The notes beneath the pieces were generated by a model. The model did not search any database. It worked only from the letters and a program-made list of their open reading frames with translations, and had not been told where the DNA came from. A stretch of 25,728 bases of DNA from a virus (Duplodnaviria; Caudoviricetes): the IMG/VR virus record IMGVR_UViG_3300022719_000188, positions 1-25,728 of that record, one strand, 5' to 3'. Each line of letters opens with the position of its first letter. Within the stretch, counting starts at the first letter, position 1. Positions 23,608 through 25,728 of the stretch are shown in pieces. The position numbers were made by a program, and so were the translations under genes.

Positions 23608-24743
23608 AGCTCAAGGTCGCGTATCTCAAGTGGCGCGACGGCCGCCCGCGCTGGGAGCCGGGGCCGCGCCTGCGCGAGAAAGGGTGGCGGGGCCGTGACC
23701 TGAAGGACGAGGGCGGCGACTGGCTCACCTTGCCGGACGCGATTGCCGCGGCGGAAAACCTCAATGCCGAGGTCGCCGCCTGGCGCGCGCGCGGCGGCAG
23801 CGTCCCGCGCCGGCCTGCGCCCCCGCGCAAGTCCGCGCGCACCTGCGAGCACCTGTGGGACCTGTGGAAGCAGTCCCCGAAATTCACCAACCTGAAAGCC
23901 TCCACCGCGCGCGATTACCGCAACAAGATGCGCGTGTTCCTCGACGAGTTCGCCGAAGTCCCCGTCGCCGCGATCGAGCGCTCACACCTGTACGTGTGGT
24001 GGGAGCGCCAGTATCACGCGCGCGGGCACACCATGGCCAACGGCATTCTCGCGGTCGTGCGCTCGATGTTTTCGCACGCCACGCGCATCGGCTGGCGCGC
24101 CGACAACCCCGCGCGCGAGCTCGGCCTGCCCGGCGCGGCGCCGCGCCTGGTCCTGTGGCTTCCCGGTGAGGTCTCAGCGCTTGTCGACGCCGCTGACCGG
24201 CTCGGCCTGCCCAGCATCGGCGACGGCGTGATCGTCGGGCTGCACACCGGCCAGCGCCTCGGCGACGTGCTGGCGCTGCCCGACCGGCTGTTCGCCGAAA
24301 CCCGCATCAAGCTATCCCAGGCCAAGCGCGGGGCGCGCATCGACGCGCCGATGACCCCGGCGCTTTCGCAGCGCATCGCCGCGATCCGCGCGCGCCGTCA
24401 CGCCCATTCGGTCGTGGCGATGGACGCGCCGCTGATCCTGCAGGAGAACGGCCGGCCCTATGACAGCAACAATTTCGGCAAGGCGTTCCGCCGCGTGCGC
24501 GCGGAAGCCGCGAAGGCGCGTCCGGCCGTGGCCGACAAGAAGTATCAGGATCTGCGCGACACCGCCGTCACGCGCCTGGCGCTGGCCGGATGCGAGCTGT
24601 GGGAGATCGGCGCGATCAGCGGGCACTCGATGAAATCGATCACCACGATCATCCGCCACTATCTCGTGTTGCAGCCGGAAATGGCGGATGCGGCCATCGC
24701 CAAGCTGTCCCGCTGGCTCGAAGAACAGGAGATCGCGCTGTGA
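23604..24743 (+). CDS. int: Tyrosine recombinase/phage integrase (379 aa)
   Basis: GGAGG RBS then ATG 23604; TGQRLGD (R), QAKRG (K), QDLR, SGH and RHY catalytic motifs. Confidence 0.93.
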   Translation: MKLKVAYLKWRDGRPRWEPGPRLREKGWRGRDLKDEGGDWLTLPDAIAAAENLNAEVAAWRARGGSVPRRPAPPRKSARTCEHLWDLWKQSPKFTNLKASTARDYRNKMRVFLDEFAEVPVAAIERSHLYVWWERQYHARGHTMANGILAVVRSMFSHATRIGWRADNPARELGLPGAAPRLVLWLPGEVSALVDAADRLGLPSIGDGVIVGLHTGQRLGDVLALPDRLFAETRIKLSQAKRGARIDAPMTPALSQRIAAIRARRHAHSVVAMDAPLILQENGRPYDSNNFGKAFRRVRAEAAKARPAVADKKYQDLRDTAVTRLALAGCELWEIGAISGHSMKSITTIIRHYLVLQPEMADAAIAKLSRWLEEQEIAL

Positions 24744-25309
24744 TGCCCAAAGTTCCGTATCTCAAATGGCGCGACGGCCGCCCGCGCTGGGAGCCGGGGC
24801 CGCGGCTGCGCGATCAGGGCTGGCGCGGGCGCGATCTGAAGGGCGACGACGGCGAGTGGCTGGATTTTCCCGACGCCATCAAGGCGGCTCAAAACATCAA
24901 TGTTGAAGCCGGAGTGACGACGCGCATCCCGAAGACACGCCCCAACAGCAACGCCAAAGGGTTCGTGTATTTTTTATGGTCGGAAGACTGTATCAAGATC
25001 GGCTATTCGCGCGAGGCTTTCCGCAGAATTCAAACATTGAACGCGAGCAGCCCATCGGGCATCAAAGCCATAGGCATTGTGCGCGGAACGCGCGCCGACG
25101 AACAGCGCCTACATGACGCACTGTCCGCTTCTCGCAACTATGGCGAATGGTTTTGGGCCACCGATCACGTCATAGCCACCATGACCCAGTCGCTGGCGCA
25201 ATGCAAACCAGTCGTTGCTAAAAGCATTCGAAAAAACGACAATCGGCAACAATCGGCAAGGACAGCGGTCGCAACCCCTTTGAATAGCGAATGCGACATA
25301 GATTTGTAA
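24743..25309 (+). CDS. Fusion of an integrase N-terminal domain copy and a GIY-YIG-superfamily (T5orf172/MUG113-like) domain (188 aa)
   Basis: TGATG coupling to int; 38/50 aa identical to the Int N-terminus; GFVYFL...IKIGYS...RRIQTL..SSP...EQRLHDAL..SRNYGEWF motif. Confidence 0.85.
   Translation: MPKVPYLKWRDGRPRWEPGPRLRDQGWRGRDLKGDDGEWLDFPDAIKAAQNINVEAGVTTRIPKTRPNSNAKGFVYFLWSEDCIKIGYSREAFRRIQTLNASSPSGIKAIGIVRGTRADEQRLHDALSASRNYGEWFWATDHVIATMTQSLAQCKPVVAKSIRKNDNRQQSARTAVATPLNSECDIDL
25239..25258 (+). repeat. Tandem ACAATCGGCA x2, candidate integrase arm-type sites
   Basis: 10-bp direct repeat about 40 bp from the att core. Confidence 0.5.
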
Positions 25310-25347
25310 TCAGTAGGTCGCGGGTTCGATTCCTGCAGCCGGCACCA
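25301..25347 (+). other. att core: 3' half of tRNA-Thr(TGT)
   Basis: GATT TGT AATC AGTAGGTC GCGGG TTCGATT CCTGC AGCCGGCA CCA gives anticodon arm, T-arm and CCA end; there is no D-arm or acceptor 5' strand upstream. Confidence 0.9.
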
Positions 25348-25728
25348 ATAAGATCAATGACATAGCCAAAAATAATCGTGAACAAAACCGGACCGGCTTT
25401 CCCGCCGAGAAGTCGGACATCCGACTTGGTGCAGAGCCACCGCGCGCCCGTCCGAATGAACTTGCCTACCATAAGTATTCCAAGGTTTCGCAAGTTTTTG
25501 CGTTTCTATACTTGCGCGCCGTCACAAGTGTTAATAAAGTACATCCAGCGCCAAGACATAGCCGGACCGCCCGGCGCCGATGGGAGACGCGGGAGCAATC
25601 CGGCGGAGAAACACCAAGGCAAGGCGGGAGAGTGAAACAGGGGATGCCGGGCGCGCCCCAACGCACCCGGCCACGGCGTCATCCCCACCAGACGGGAGAT
25701 GTCTGATGAAACGCAAATCTACCCGAAT

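Larger units (their letters stand above)
1..25347. mobile_element. Temperate phage/prophage (podovirus-type virion module), extends off the left edge; boundary at tRNA-Thr-derived att core
   Basis: Contiguous head, packaging, replication, cI/cro and integrase modules ending at a tRNA 3' fragment. Confidence 0.95.

Noticed and set aside
24540-24560. Integrase inactive because HxxR reads QDLR
   Set aside because: This His varies among active tyrosine recombinases, and the other catalytic residues are present.
25261-25347. Complete tRNA-Thr gene
   Set aside because: The sequence upstream of 25301 cannot form the D-arm or acceptor stem; only the 3' half is present.
25380-25394. Alphaproteobacterial LexA box (GAAC-N7-GACC)
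   Set aside because: One mismatch to GAAC-N7-GAAC and about 300 bp from any start codon.
25699-25728. Gene start at the right edge (GGGAG then ATG 25706)
   Set aside because: Only seven codons are visible, too little to call.

Overview
GC-rich window, most likely alphaproteobacterial (inferred from gene content), filled almost entirely by about 25.3 kb of a temperate phage. Left to right: a minus-strand podovirus-type virion module resembling Bordetella phage BPP-1/T7-like head-tail genes (nozzle, adaptor, Bbp16-like cement, major capsid, scaffold, portal, TerL, TerS); an iteron-rich non-coding region; a Bro-N gene preceded by a c4-type antisense RNA layout; a two-gene insert; a replication ATPase and TOPRIM primase operon starting at cro; a CI-like repressor; an early plus-strand operon with an excisionase-like gene and tyrosine integrase; and an att core made of the 3' half of tRNA-Thr(TGT). 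Most notable: (1) ten dispersed ~80-95 bp four-hairpin elements with conserved loops and co-varying stems, several inside genes or forming translationally coupled mini-ORFs; (2) two accessory proteins that appear to carry copies of core-enzyme domains and lie beside the matching cis site: Bro-N plus the helicase C-terminal domain next to the iterons, and the integrase N-terminal domain plus a GIY-YIG/T5orf172-like domain next to att; (3) a repressor lacking S24 catalytic residues. All family calls are by-eye motif recognition; no searches were run.
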